Positions 15,003 through 27,988 of a stretch of 64,000 nt of DNA are shown one piece after another. The notes below the pieces were generated by a model that ran no database searches, was not told the DNA's origin, and was given only the letters and a program-made list of their open reading frames with translations. Position 1 is the stretch's first letter. Every line of letters starts with the position of its first letter. The DNA is from Heterodontus francisci. Its lineage: Eukaryota. The translations under genes were made by a program, and so were the position numbers. Location of the stretch: assembly GCF_036365525.1 (NCBI RefSeq), contig NC_090411.1, positions 35,112,111 to 35,176,110 on the forward strand. Reading direction: 5' to 3'.

Positions 15003-15769
15003 GCAAGTAACATTCGCGCCACACAAGTGCCAAGAGAGAATCTAACCATCTCCCCTTGACATTCAATGACATTACCATCGCTGAATCCCCCACTATCAAC
15101 ATCCTAGGGGTTACCACTGACCAGAAACCGAACTGGAGTAGCCATATAAATACCATGGCTACAAGAGCAGGTCAGAGGCTAGGAATCCTGTGGCGAGTAA
15201 CTCACCTCCTGACTCCCCAAAGCCTGTCCACCATCTACAAGGCACAAGTCAGGAGTCTGATGGAATACTCTCCACTTGCCTGGATGGGTGCAGCTCCAAC
15301 AACACTCAAGAGGCTCGACACCATCCAGGACAAAGCAGCCCGCTTGATTGTCACCCCATTCACAAACATTCACTCTCTCCACCACCGACGCACAGTGGCA
15401 GCAGTGTGTACCATCTACAAGATGCACTGCAGCAACGCACCAAGGCTCCTTAGACAGCACCTTCCAAACCCACGACCTCTACCACCTAGAAGGACAAGGA
15501 CAGCAAATGCATGGGAACACCACCACCTGCAATTTCCCCTCCAAGTCACACACCATCCTGACTTGGAACTATATCGCCGTTCCTTCACTGTCGCGAGGTC
15601 AAAATCCTGGAACTCCCTTCCTAACAGCACTGTGGGTGTACCTACCCCACATGGACTGCAGCGGTTCAAGAAGGCAGCTCACCACCACCTTCTCAAGGAC
15701 AATTAGGGATGGGCAATAAATGCTGGCCTGGCCAGTGACGTCCACATCCCATGAATGAATTAAAAAAAA
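15003..15769 (+). mobile_element. 5'-truncated copy of the 43033-46302 LINE family
   Basis: Near-identical to about 45515-46300, with the same 3' UTR and poly(A) tail. Confidence 0.9.
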
Positions 15770-17100
15770 CTGTTCTCACTAATATTAGTGAATAAGACAA
15801 AAATATTTCTCCTCACCTCTCACTACATTATCATAACTATTACAGTCAGTACCTTTCTAAAATTTCCTCTTGTGCCTCCTGTGTTGTAAATGCACTCGTC
15901 TACACATCCTTCCCCCTCGTTGTGTATCAGTTAGAACTCATCACACAGCCACCTATTCCAACTCTATATGTACCAGGGACTTATTCTCTTAACTTCTTTG
16001 GCCTTTCCTTCCTCCCACAATCAAGCTGCATTTAAAACCCAAGCTTACCATTACCTAACCACTACTTCTTTAATTTAAATTGTTCATACTTCTCTCGGGC
16101 TTCGTACTACCTTGCGCAAAAGGACTTGGCCTTTCACTAATTGTACACAATAACACAACTCTCTGAGCATGGCTTTGAAGTGTTGAATGGTGTTCCCTTG
16201 TGCTGGTATTATCTATATTTTGTGAGGTTTGCCATGATTGCATAATTTGCTGTCAATAGATTGGCAATTTTGAGATGTGGCGCCACACTTCAGTGTGATT
16301 ATGTATCATTATGCTGCAATGTTTTGCAAAATATAGTCTAGTTACAGAGAAACTACTTCCTCTGATGGCAGAATCACTTTCAAGGAGGCATAATCCGAAA
16401 ATTCGAGCTAAGCCATGAAGGAGTGAAATCAGGAAGCACTTTTTCACACATGGAGTAGTTAAGGTTGCCAACTCTGGTTAGAAGTATTGCTGGAGGGTGG
16501 ATCATGAAACATCTGCAAATGTTGTTGCATTTACAGTACAATGCTTGGTCACCTGTAGTTGAGCGTCTTTCCTCAGTTTGGGTTCCACCAGGGCCACCCG
16601 GCTCCAGACCACATTATAGCCTTGGTCCAAATAAGGACAAAAGAGCTGAATTCCAGAGGTGAGGTGAGAGTGACTGCCCTTGACATCAAAGAAGACGGAA
16701 TTTATGTGGTGCCTTCATGACCGCCAGATGTCTCAAAGCACTTAACAGCCAATGAAATATGTTTGAAGTATAGTCACTGTTGTAATATAGGAAACACAGC
16801 AGCCAATTTGCACACAGCAAGATCCCACAAACAACAATGTGTCAATATCAAATAATCTGCTTTATTAATGTTGGTTGAAGGATAAATATTGACTCAGGAC
16901 GGTGGGGAGAACCCGCCTGCACTTCTTCAGGATAGTGCCATGGGATCTTTTCTGTCTACCTGAGAGCGCAGACGGGTCCTCAGTTTAATGTCTCATTCCT
17001 CTGACAATACAGCATTCCCTCACTAATGCACTGAAGTGCCTGTGTGGACTCTGAAGGGAGGTACTTGTGCCATTGACATAGTGACAGCCAAGTGTCAAGC

Positions 17101-17460
17101 GCGGCACAGTGGCGCAGTGGTTAGCACCGCAGCCTCACAGCTCCAGGGACCCGGGTTCAATTCCAGGTACTGCCTGTGTGGAGTTTGCAAGTTCTCCCTG
17201 TGTCTGCGTGGGTTTCCTCCGGGTGCTCTGGTTTCCTCCCACATGCCAAAGACTTGCAGGTTGATAGGTAAATTGGCCATTATAAATTGCCCCTAGTATA
17301 GGTAGGTGGTAGGGAAATATAGGGACAGGTGGGGATGTGGTAGGAATATGGGATTAGTGTAGGATTAGTATAAATGGGTGGTTGATGGTCGGCACAGACT
17401 CGGTGGGCCGAAGGGCCTGTTTCGGTGCTGTATCTCTAAACTAACTAAACTAAACTAAAA
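17101..17460 (+). mobile_element. tRNA-derived V-SINE (HE1-like) with CR1-type tail
   Basis: A box TGGCGCAGTGG, B box GGTTCAATTCC, V-domain gtgtggagtttgca...ggtttcctcccaca; tail gggccgaagggcctg shared with the CR1 3' end. Confidence 0.85.
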
Positions 17461-17849
17461 TAGAGCCAGCAGTAGCCAATAGACTGAAGTGTGAAAGACA
17501 TAGGCTTGCCAACTCTACTTCCTGGAGTGTTCATTATATGTCCTCTTGCTTCCAAATGATGCCACCATCGTTGGACCCCAAGGGGTCCATCCTCACAGTG
17601 CCCTGCCTTCCCATGCCAACTAGAAAGCAAAAAAACTCTTCATTAACCATTGGATAATTGCTGTTAGACAAACATCCTTTTTTATGCCCATCTCCTATAA
17701 TTAACAAACAGGTGTTGAAAGAAAATGAAAAAATATCACAATTTTTTTCGTGCCCTTACGATTTTCCTCCTTGGCTTTTCTCACGAGAAATTCCTATTCA
17801 ATTCCTGGAGACTCCCTGCCAATCCTGGAGGGTTGGCAACTCCAGGAAG

Positions 17850-18150
17850 AGAGGGCGGGGCTTTGAGCTCTGCGTGATGATGTTATACGCAAATCGGGGG
17901 CACTGACGTTCGTTTCCCCTGACGTCATGGCGCCTACGGGTTTGGGTGACGTAGTGCGCAGGTGGCGGAGCGGTCCGGGGCTGTGCGGCAGCGACTTCTT
18001 CCTCAGGCGGGAGGGTTTTGTCGCGCCGGGCTTGGCCTGTTCTTCAGCCGCGATTATCCGGTGCGGGGCTCAGTCGGGCGCGGCCGGCGGCGTGAAGTTT
18101 GGAGTTTGTTTTCTGTCGTTGACGGGAGACCGGGAGAGGGGCAGCGGGAC
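17850..18150 (+). promoter_or_regulatory. JOSD1 CpG-island promoter and probable non-coding exon 1
   Basis: CpG-rich; GC box at 17851-17860; full CRE TGACGTCA at 17920-17927 with TGACG half-sites at 17904 and 17947; about 1.1 kb upstream of the JOSD1 ATG. Exon boundaries not determined. Confidence 0.65.
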
Positions 18151-18740
18151 CGGGGTCACAGGGAGAGCGGCCAGGGACTGGCACAGGAAGAGCCCAAAGA
18201 CTGGCACAGGACGAGCCCGGGTCACAGGAAGAGCCCAGGGACTGGCACGGGAAGAGCCCAAAGACTGGCACAGGGACTGGCACAGGAAGAGCCCAGGGAC
18301 TGGCACAGGACGAGCCCAAAGACTGGCACGGGGAGAGCACAGGAAGAGCCCGGGTCACAGGAAGAGTACAGGGACTGGCACAGCAAGAGTCCAGGAGGGC
18401 AGGGACTAGCACAGGGAGAGCTTGGGGGCAACCGATAGAACCCAGGGACTGGAACAGGAAGGGCACAGGGACTGGCACAACAAGAGTCCAGGAGGGCAGG
18501 GACTAGCACTGGGGGCACAGGGAGAGCCCAGGGGGCACAGACTGGCACAAGGGGCACAGGGAGTGCCCAGGGAGGACAGGGACTGGCATAGGGAGAGCCC
18601 AGGGGGTACACACTGGCACAAGGGGCACAGAGAGTGCCCAGGGGGGACTGGCACAGGCACAGGGAGAGCTCAGCGGGGACAGGCACAAGGTGAGCCTGGG
18701 GCACAGGGACTAGTCCAGGGGCATAAGAAGAGCCCAAGGA
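18150..18740. repeat. Degenerate GC-rich tandem repeat, about 23-bp unit
   Basis: Repeated GGGACTGGCACAGGAAGAGCCCA variants; source of several spurious overlapping ORFs. Confidence 0.85.
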
Positions 18741-19232
18741 CTGCCTGGAAAACAGGACAGAGGCTGATGAGATGGTCTGAAGACTGGGGAAGAATGCAAT
18801 GGTTGACACAAAGCCCTCTGCAACTAAGAATGTTCTCACAACAGCAAGTTGGGGCTTACTGAGAGATTATAAATATTGTGCCAGAATGGCTGAACTTCAG
18901 GGAAAGAAATACTGATTTCAGTCTTAAAAGTGTTAGACTTACAAGAAGAAAGTGTCCTTAAAGGATTCTTGCATGCCACTGATTGACCTTTCTCCACTGG
19001 AGTCATACAATATCTATATTTTTCTAGTTCTTGGAAGTGACCGTGACGAAGTTTTGCAACCGCAGCTATTGTTTATATTTGATTGAATTTTACTGAGTGT
19101 CGAAGACACTCGATGCTACAGCTCCGAAGTCTTAATATGACTATAAGGTACCTGAAACGTGAACTAGGGTCGAGGTGTACTTTTTCTTGAGATTTGACCA
19201 CGTTTTGGGCAGTACGACTTGTCGAACTGAAA

Positions 19233-19408
19233 ATGAGCTGTGTCCCCTGGAAAGGTGATAAGTTAAAACTGGACTCTGATGCTCAGCCACCTGCTCTGAT
19301 TTACCACGAGAAGCAGAGGAGAGAGCTGTGCGCACTACACGCCCTCAACAATGTCTTCCAGGATGGGAGAGCTTTCACCAGAGACACCCTGCAGGAGATT
19401 TTTCAGAG
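19233..19408 (+). CDS. JOSD1: Josephin-1 deubiquitinase, coding exon 1
   Basis: [10 protein letters not shown]...[36 protein letters not shown] (catalytic Cys in ELC); GT donor at 19409; probable acceptor tttctag ending at 19027. Confidence 0.96.
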
Positions 19409-20237
19409 GTACCAGAAGCAGGAGGAAAGGATGTCACTGCCCTGTTGTAGCATGTTGCTGGGTAACACAGTTTTTGCTAAGGCTACTGTTAGCCATGGCT
19501 TAGTGGTGTAGCATTCAGTCGCCTCGGAGTCAGAAGGATGTGGGTTCAAGTCCCACTCCAGAGACTTGAGCGCGCAATGCAGAGTGACACTCCAGTACCG
19601 TGCTGAGGGAGTGCTGCACTGTCGGAGGTCCTGTCTTTCGGATGAGACGTTAAACCAAGGCTTCGTCTGGCCTCTCGGGTGGACGTTAGGTTCCCGTGGC
19701 TACTATTCGAAGAAGAGCCGGGGTGTGCTCTCATTGACCGTCACTACACTTCAATAGTATTCATTGGCTGTAAAGAACTGAGAGATGTCCTGAGGTTATG
19801 AAAGGCTACATAGAAATGCAAGTCTTTCTATCTGTCACAGGACACATTTGTTTCTAATAATGTTGCAGGATTCAAAGTGAATCAGAAGTTATAGCAGGGA
19901 AGGAGCCCATTTGGCCCTTCGTATCTGTTTGTACTAGCTTTTCAAGTGGAGCTACCTAGTCAAACCTCATTTTCTCTGAATGCTTTTATGTTCCTTTAAA
20001 AATTCTTACCCATTTCCTATTAAAATGATATAGGCTTTGTTTCAAAAGCCAGAGGTTTAGTAACTCCCTGTTCTAATAATGTGGAAAAAATTCTTTTAAC
20101 ATTTTTATCTTTGTTCTGTTGATGATTCTGTGCTGCCTTGTTACCGATTCACCAACCACAACAATTATATTGTGCCTTTAACATAGAACAACATGCCAAG
20201 GCACATCAGAGGCATAATCAGAAAAAAATGGAAGCTG

Positions 20238-20345
20238 TCCTCTCTGCCCTCCTTCGTCCTCCCTCTCCGCCCTCCTTCGTCCTCCCTCTCTGGCCCTCCC
20301 TCTCTCTCCTTCCTTCGTCCTCCCTCTCTCTCCTTCCTTTCTGCT
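20238..20345. repeat. Polypyrimidine (CCT/CT) tract
   Basis: Repeats of ccttcgtcctccctctc. Confidence 0.8.
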
Positions 20346-21289
20346 TCAGTTGTTTCTTCCTCACTTTTGTTTGCCTCTTTTTTTCTTGCTGCATTTCTTT
20401 ATTTCTTCTATCTCCGCCAGTCAGGAAGATAAAATCTATCATTGTGTACTGGGGGATTTTTCATAGTTTAAGTGTGTTTGGTCTGGAAATTATGACACAC
20501 CCACTTCAGTTTTACTGAAATCTCGGTACCGTCAGCCATGATCCAATTGAATGGTGGAGTAGGCTCAAGGAGCTGAACGGCCTCTTATATTGACAACACT
20601 GTTGAGCACCTGGTATGGCGTTAATACTGGAAGAATTTTTGAATAACGCAGGTGTTTTTTATCCCACGTTCATAGACTGAATACCGGTAGTTTATTTCTG
20701 TACTGATTCTCTAATGCATCATGTATTTTATGCATCACTGACGGCTTCAGGAAAAAAAAGCTAACATTTAAAATGCTTTAAACTTTACCACAGTATCCAG
20801 TTTATCATTAAGAAAGAATGAACTTGTATTTATAAAACATCTTTGTCCTCTGGATGTACCAAAGCATTTCTCAGCTAATGAAGTGTGGTTACTATCGTAG
20901 CAGAAAAGCTTTAAAAACATTACTTTGCATCTAACTATGTTACACTTACCCTGGGAGTGTTTGTTTCTCCACTGGGATCTTGTTGAAGCATTAAAGCATT
21001 GCACCCACTAACCAGAGTCAGATTCAGAATTCCCAGAGGTGAAATCCCCCGCGTTATTCGTTGGGTTCCTATGTGAATTGAATTTCAGTCTTAATCAAAT
21101 TTATAGTGAACACAAGTCTCTCTGATGAATGCGGCTCTAATTTGATCATCTCACTCAGAAGCTGATGAATTGCTCATGTGGCAAATCAAAGAAATTACAA
21201 CACGGAAACAGGCCTTTCAGCCCAACTAGTCTCTGTTGGCATTCATCTTCCACTTGGGCAGTACTCTTACTCCTACTGGTTTGTGCATC

Positions 21290-21920
21290 ACAAACACCGC
21301 CGCCTTTCACCTGCTTAACATCATCCCGTCTCTGCTCCAGCTCAGGCTGTCTGCTGTTGAATCTCTGATCCGTACCTTTGTTACTTCCAGGCTCGACTGT
21401 TCCAATGCTGGACGGCCTCCCATCCTCCAGCCTCCGTAAACAAGCTTGTCCAAAACTGGACTGGCCGTATCCTGTCCCGTTCACCCATTACCCCTGTGCT
21501 CTCTGACCTATCTTGGTTTCCAGTTTCCGAACTCCTCAAATTTAAAATTCTCATCCGTGTTTAAATCCCTTCATGGCCTCGCCCTTCCCTATCTCTGTAA
21601 CCTCCTCCAGCCTTACAACCCTGTGAGATCTCTGCAGTCCTCCAACACTGGCCTCTTGTGCATCGCCCACTCCCACCCCTTCATTGGTGGCCATTCCTTC
21701 AGCCATCTCTAGCCTAAGATCTGGAATTCCCTCAGTAAATATCTTTGCCTCGCCTCCTTTAAGACCTCCCTTAAGACTTGCCTCTTTAAGCAAGCTTTTA
21801 GTTATCCCTCTGATGTCTTTTTTTTAGGCTTGGTGTCAATTTTTGTCTGATTATGCTTCTGTCAAGTGCTTTGGGATGTTTTTCTGCATTAAAGGCTATA
21901 TGAATGCAAGTTGTTGTTGT
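21290..21920 (+). mobile_element. L2-clade LINE 3' fragment (others at about 1820-2000, 26450-26835(-), 42850-43029/46572-46660)
   Basis: FVTSRLDCSNA and FKSLHGLALPYLCNLLQPYNP motifs; tail aaaggc(g)ctatatgaatgcaagtt shared with the DeuSINE tail. Confidence 0.7.
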
Positions 21921-21947
21921 CCCACCCATTCCCATATCTCTATTCTA

Positions 21948-22238
21948 GATTAGAGAGATTAGAGATACAGCACTGAAACAGGCCCTTCGGCCCACCGAGT
22001 CTGTGCCGAAAATCAACCACCCATTTATACTAATCCTACAGTAATCCCATATTCCCTACCACCTACCTACATGAGGGGCAATTTACAACAGCCAATTTAC
22101 CTATCACCTGCAAGTCTTTGGCTGTGGGAGGAAACCGGAGCACCCGGCAAAAACCCACGCGGTCCACACAGGCAGTACCCAGAATTGAACCCGGGTCCCT
22201 GGAGCTGTGAGGCTGCGGTGCTAACCACTGCGCCACTG
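21948..22238 (-). mobile_element. HE1-like V-SINE
   Basis: Reverse complement of the 17101-17460 family. Confidence 0.85.
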
Positions 22239-25200
22239 AGGGATTCTGTTTTCCTTCAACCACTTATCTCTAGAAAGTATTCTTAAATATTGATATAGTC
22301 TCTGATTCAATCACTAACTCTGGTAATGAATTCCACAGCTTCACAACCCTCTGTTTTAAAAAAGTTTCTTCTTGCTGTCTGTCCTAAATCTTACATTTAA
22401 CCTTGTAGCTATGTCCCAGCTTTCCCTAGTCAGTGTATAATATTTTTAGCCAAGATATACCACCTCACATTTACTGGCATTGAATTCCATCTGCCCCTTG
22501 TTTGCCCATTCCGCTGTTGCAGAAGTGATCCCAGAATTCAGTCTACTTCCAATCATTTTGAGAAACTGCCCTTAACCCCTACTCTGTTTTCTCCTTTCTA
22601 GCCCTATTTTAATCCAATTTTCTACTTTCCTCTATTTCCATAGTCTTAATCTTCTTCTGTAGTTACCTGTGTGGTACCTTGTTAAAGGTTTTCTGTAAGT
22701 CCATGTACAATGCATCTGCTACATTTCCCTCATCTACCACAGCCATTACATCTCTAAAGAACTATCAGGTTTGCCAAGCAATATCTTACTTTCTGAAATC
22801 CCTGTTGCTGTTTCAGCTATATTCTCCATCTAGATGTTTAGTATCCTTTAATTGAAGAGTCCAGAATCTTCCCTGTCACTGACATTAAATGACCTTTCAT
22901 TACCCAGCTTAGCTCCATCTCCCTTTATGAAAATATCTGTTACAATGGCTGCTCTGCAGTCCCCTGGCACACCTCCCCTCTCAATATCATTTCTAGGGCC
23001 TTTTCTAGGGCTCTTCTACCTGGAGTGGGCTTTACTCTGCATCTCACTCATGTTATATCTGACCTGGGGTTGCTTGATGCTTGAGGCACAGTGTTACATC
23101 CCCAACAGCCTGGCTGTGATGAGCAGAGACATGAAATGCTCCAGTAAAAGTAAAACAAACAATTGCTCTGCTAAAAGCAATTGGGCTGTTACCATGGTGA
23201 CAACCACGTAATGTACAGTAAGGAGAAGCAGAAGGTTCTTATCAGTGTTTGTATAATTCTATTCCAGGATTTGAAAAGTGCTGCAGTGATTGGCCCAGGT
23301 TTTCAAAAGAATCCTGTAGGCTGGGGTTATTGCCATTTTTAAAAGAAAATTTGCCTTTGGTTGATATATGTTATTGTCATTACATTTGGAAAATACAGTG
23401 TGCATTGTATAGTGAGCAGCAGTATTGGTTGGCTTGACTTGTGACAGTTTATAGGGAGCGGTGCAAACATTCTGCAGTTGCTGATTGAGTTGGCTTCGTG
23501 GGGTTTAAACAAGAGTTTCATCTATTGTTCACTTGAGACTCTGATAAAGCCATACTTTTTATGCTGTGTGCATATCAGATCTGTGACACTATTGTGCAGT
23601 TGCATCCAAGTTTAATTGTGTCCCTAATGATTGTAGTAAGACTGGATGTAAAGCAGGGTACCAGGTCATTGCCAGTCCAGGATCATTTAAGTCCTGAAGG
23701 AAAGTGAAGCAGGTTCAATTTATCCTTTCTAGAAGCTGGAAGATAGAGGACTTGCATTTTTTTCTCCAAAATGTCTCCAGTATTTTGTATGCAATGAATT
23801 ACTTCGACATGTAGGTGAACGTGGTCCTCGTCTTCACCATAACAAGATCCTGCAAACAGCAATGAGGCAAAGGACCAGTTCATCTGTATTTGGTAGTGTT
23901 GGCTGAGGGAGGAATGTTCGTCTAGGAAACTGAAAGAACTGCCTATTCTTAGAATGGTGCCACCAGGGCAGGCAGACAGGACCTGCAATGATCTTACATC
24001 AAGGCAGCTGGCTACTGTTAACCTCAATATGAGGAGGAGGAAAACTTAGGACCGGGTATTGACAGCTTAGGAGGAATGAGAGAGGAAACTTCAGAGGGAT
24101 ACTGAGTATTGTATCGATAAGAAATGAGAAACTGAGTGACAGAGGGTAGATTGTGAGAGCTGCCTGATAAATCTTTAAAAACATATGAAACACAAGAAAG
24201 GCATCACATTGGCACTGATATCTGTTAACTCTTATCACATTCAGGGTTATGTAAAAAAAAAACTCAACTGCATCACATTTGTTATAGAATCCAGTTTATT
24301 TGTTCCAAACTAAACACTTGAAAACATTTAATTGTCTAGACAAGGATATACAGAAGATGCTCATACTCCGATTTGTCATATTGAGATCAGCAAGTGACTC
24401 AGTGATGACTGAGGTGTGATATTTGTCCGTTTAATGCTGTGTATTTGCAAAGTATGCTTTTTGAAAACTCGTGCCAAACTGCTGGGGTGTTAAAAATTTA
24501 TTTTAAAATGTATCTGTAACAGAACCAATACAAGATGCGCTCCTTAAACTTTTACTAAGTGTGATGGCTTTGAGTTCCCTTTGGATCTTAAATCTGTGCC
24601 CTCTGGTTACCAACCCTCCTGCCACTGTAAACAGTTTCTCCTTATTTACACTATCAAAGCCCCTCATGCAATACTGATATATCATGTGTGTATCTCTGGA
24701 CCTAATATTCTGCAATTAAAGAAACAATGGCTGTAATTTTTTTTATTGAGGGGACTGAAATGATCTTTAAGGGAGCACTCTTTTCTTTCTATAAGAAAGA
24801 ACAAGCATTTATATAGTGCCTTATACAACCTCAGGATAACTCAAAGCACTTCACATTGTAATATAGTACAGTAAATGTCAATCTTTCATTCCTGCTTGAG
24901 AAAGTGGTGCATTGACAGTTAGCACACTGATCATCCCCTGAAGACTCAGCTGGTCAATCGCTGCCTTACTTAAGGGGCGGACCAACGTATTATTTAGTAA
25001 AACCAAGATCACAACTGTTCCCCGTGCACAATCTCCAATAATTTTTAATATCCCACTGCCATAGTGGTTACAGCTAAATAAACATAAGATCTTTATTTTT
25101 AACCTCAATCATTTTTTTATGTAAGAAAGAGTCTGATAGTGAACTCTATAAAAGTGGTGTCTTTGAATTCTACCAATAATTGTGGCTTGTCTTTTAGAGT

Positions 25201-27859
25201 GTCTGTATCTTTTTAACGGTGTCAACCTTAACTCAGTGATAGCAATCTCACCTTTGAGTTAGAAGCTCATCATTTTAAGCCCCATTCCAGAAACTTAATG
25301 CACACATAATGCACGCTGAGGGAGAGCTGCACTGTTAAAGGTGCCTTCCTTCAGATGAGACGTTAAACCGAGGCCCCATCTGCCCTCTCATGTGGAAGTA
25401 AAAGATCCCATGGTATTAGTCAAAGAAGAGCAGGGGGTTCTTCCTGGTGTCCTGGCCAATATGTATCCTTCAACCAGCATCACTAAAATACAGACTATCT
25501 GGTCATTATCATAATAGTGTTTGTGGAATCTTGCTGTGCACAAATTGGCTGTCGGGTTTCCTGCATTGCAACAGTGACTACACTTCAAAAGTACTTAATT
25601 GGCTGTAAAGTGCTTTGGGGTGTCCTGAGGTTGTGAAAGGCGCTATAGGAATGCAGATCTTTCTTTTGTTCTTGTTTTTTTGAGTTTTAGAAATGTTCAA
25701 AGTAAAATTGATTTTCTTTGAACTTAGCTGAGATGTTCAGGGTCCAGTCTATTTTTCCTACTGACTTTTTTTTCATAAGCATTAAGAATAAAACTGAAAA
25801 GGCCTGGGTTTTTAAATTGGTGACAAAAGATGAATTTAAAAATCCTTACTCCTGTTCCCAAATTCCTCCTCCATTGTCCACTCCTATGAATTCTGTCTAT
25901 TTCACTAATCCATTCTTTGTTCAATGTTACAATCAACTGGAATTACTATACTTGTCTTTAACACAGTTTAAAAAAGACTAGTTCTTTTATTTTTAAAAAT
26001 CACCAATGGAAACAACCCATGGATTAACTTTAGGTTAAAGCCCTTTGTATGCTCCCTACAATTTGCCTTTTTCCCATTTTAGGAATAGAACATTACTTCA
26101 CAATTTCCATTTCCCACACCAACTACCAGGCTCCTCCTGAGTGAACTTGTCCTTTAGTGTTAGATACTGGGGAATATTTTACTTCTGATTTATCCCAACT
26201 TGAATGTGTGTTAAAACTGTTAAACTTTTGGAACTCTTGCAGAAAGGTTGTGGGGCTCTAATTCCATCAGTTTGGATTCGATTTGAATCTAGGTCCCGGA
26301 CATGAAATGATCATAACATTAGGGTGCAGTACCAGTAGCTACTGCTCTGACACTGGTCATGAATTAACATCTTGCAACAAGTGTAACGCACATTGTTTTT
26401 TAATTCCTTTTAACCATTTCACTCTCATCCCAAATCAAAGCCAGATTGAACAACAACTTGTATTTATATAGTGCTTTTATCTGAATAAAACTTCCCAAGG
26501 AATTTTACAGGAGCAATTATAAAGCAAAATTTGACATGGAGCCACATGAGATATTAGAGCAAGTGACCAAAAGCTTGGTCAAAGAGGTTGGTTTTAAGGA
26601 GCATCTTAAAGGAGGAGAGGCAAAGAGGTTTAGGGAGGGAATTCCAGAGCTTAGCTCCTAGGCAGTTGAAGACACGGCCGCCAATGGTGGAGCAATTAAA
26701 ATCCAGGATGAACAAGAGGCCAGAATTGGAGGAGCGCAGAGATCTCTGAAGGTTGTGGGGCTGGAGGAAATTACAGAGATAGGGAGGGGCGAGGCCATGG
26801 AGGGATTTGAAAACAGGGATGAGAATAATAAAAGCAAAGTATTTTTCGGGTAAATTGTGAGAAATTGTACACGCCAGTCCATGCTTGATGCAGTGTTGTC
26901 ACTAGGATTTCAATGAAATATAACAGTGGACAAGTTATCTTTAATATTATAACCACTTGAACTGATACTAGCAAAATGATAGAAATAAAAGCAGAATGCA
27001 TTTGTTGTATAACAGGGTAGGTTGGAGGTAGGCTAGGGTTCTAGTGCGATCCTTTATTTGGATCCTGATTACTGTTCTGTATGCAAGTACAATTGTGAAA
27101 TGTGTCCTTCCAAACTTGAGTTGTTTCAGAGGATGGGGTTACCTCTCTGTCACTGATAGTAGTGGTGGGAGCAGTTTCAGGTGATGAACTCACACAAACA
27201 AAATTGCAGATCAAAGCTTATTAACTCAGTGTAACTGCTCCTATAGCATAGTGTTAAATAAATTTAGTGACAGCGCAATGATCTCTGTAGCTGTTTAAAT
27301 TCAATGCATACATAAGAGCATAAAAATAGGAGGAGGAATTGGCCACATGGCCCTCAAACCTGCCTGTCATTCAGTAAGTTCACGACTGATCATCTAGCTC
27401 AACTTCGCTTTCCTGCCCTATCGCCATAATTCCCTCAGTGTCCAAAGATCTATCGATCTCAGCCTTAAATATATTCAATGACTGAGCATTCACAGCCCTT
27501 TGGAGTAGAGAATTCCAAACGTTCACAACCCTCTGAGTGAAGAAATGTTTCCTCATCTCAGTCCTAAGTGACCGATTCCTTATTCTGAGACTGTGACCCC
27601 ATGTTCTAGACTCTCCAGCCAGGGAAAACACCCTGTCAGCATCTACCCTGTCAAGCCTTCTAAGAATTGTATACGTTTCAATGAGATCACCCATCATTCT
27701 TCTAAACTCCAGAGAATATAGGCCCATTCTACTCAATACAAGCAGCCGTGTGGATATTTTGCTATCTTATTCACTCCTGTAAATGTGGGCCATTTGATGC
27801 AGATGGGTGATGTTGTTTAGTGTTTTATCGATGTTTAAATTTGCTTTTCTGTCTGCCAG

Positions 27860-27988
27860 GTTGTCCCCTAATACTATGGTAACACCGCACAAGAAGAGCA
27901 TGCTGGGAACAGGAAACTACGATGTTAATGTAATCATGGCTGCTCTTCAAACTAAAGGTTACGAAGCCGTTTGGTGGGACAAACGAAG
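27860..27988 (+). CDS. JOSD1: JOSD1 coding exon 2 (129 nt)
   Basis: [42 protein letters not shown]; cag/gt boundaries. Confidence 0.97.

Noticed and set aside
17927-18862. Several overlapping 100-200 aa ORFs on both strands
   Set aside because: They arise from a stop-poor GC-rich tandem repeat and CpG island; no recognisable domain.
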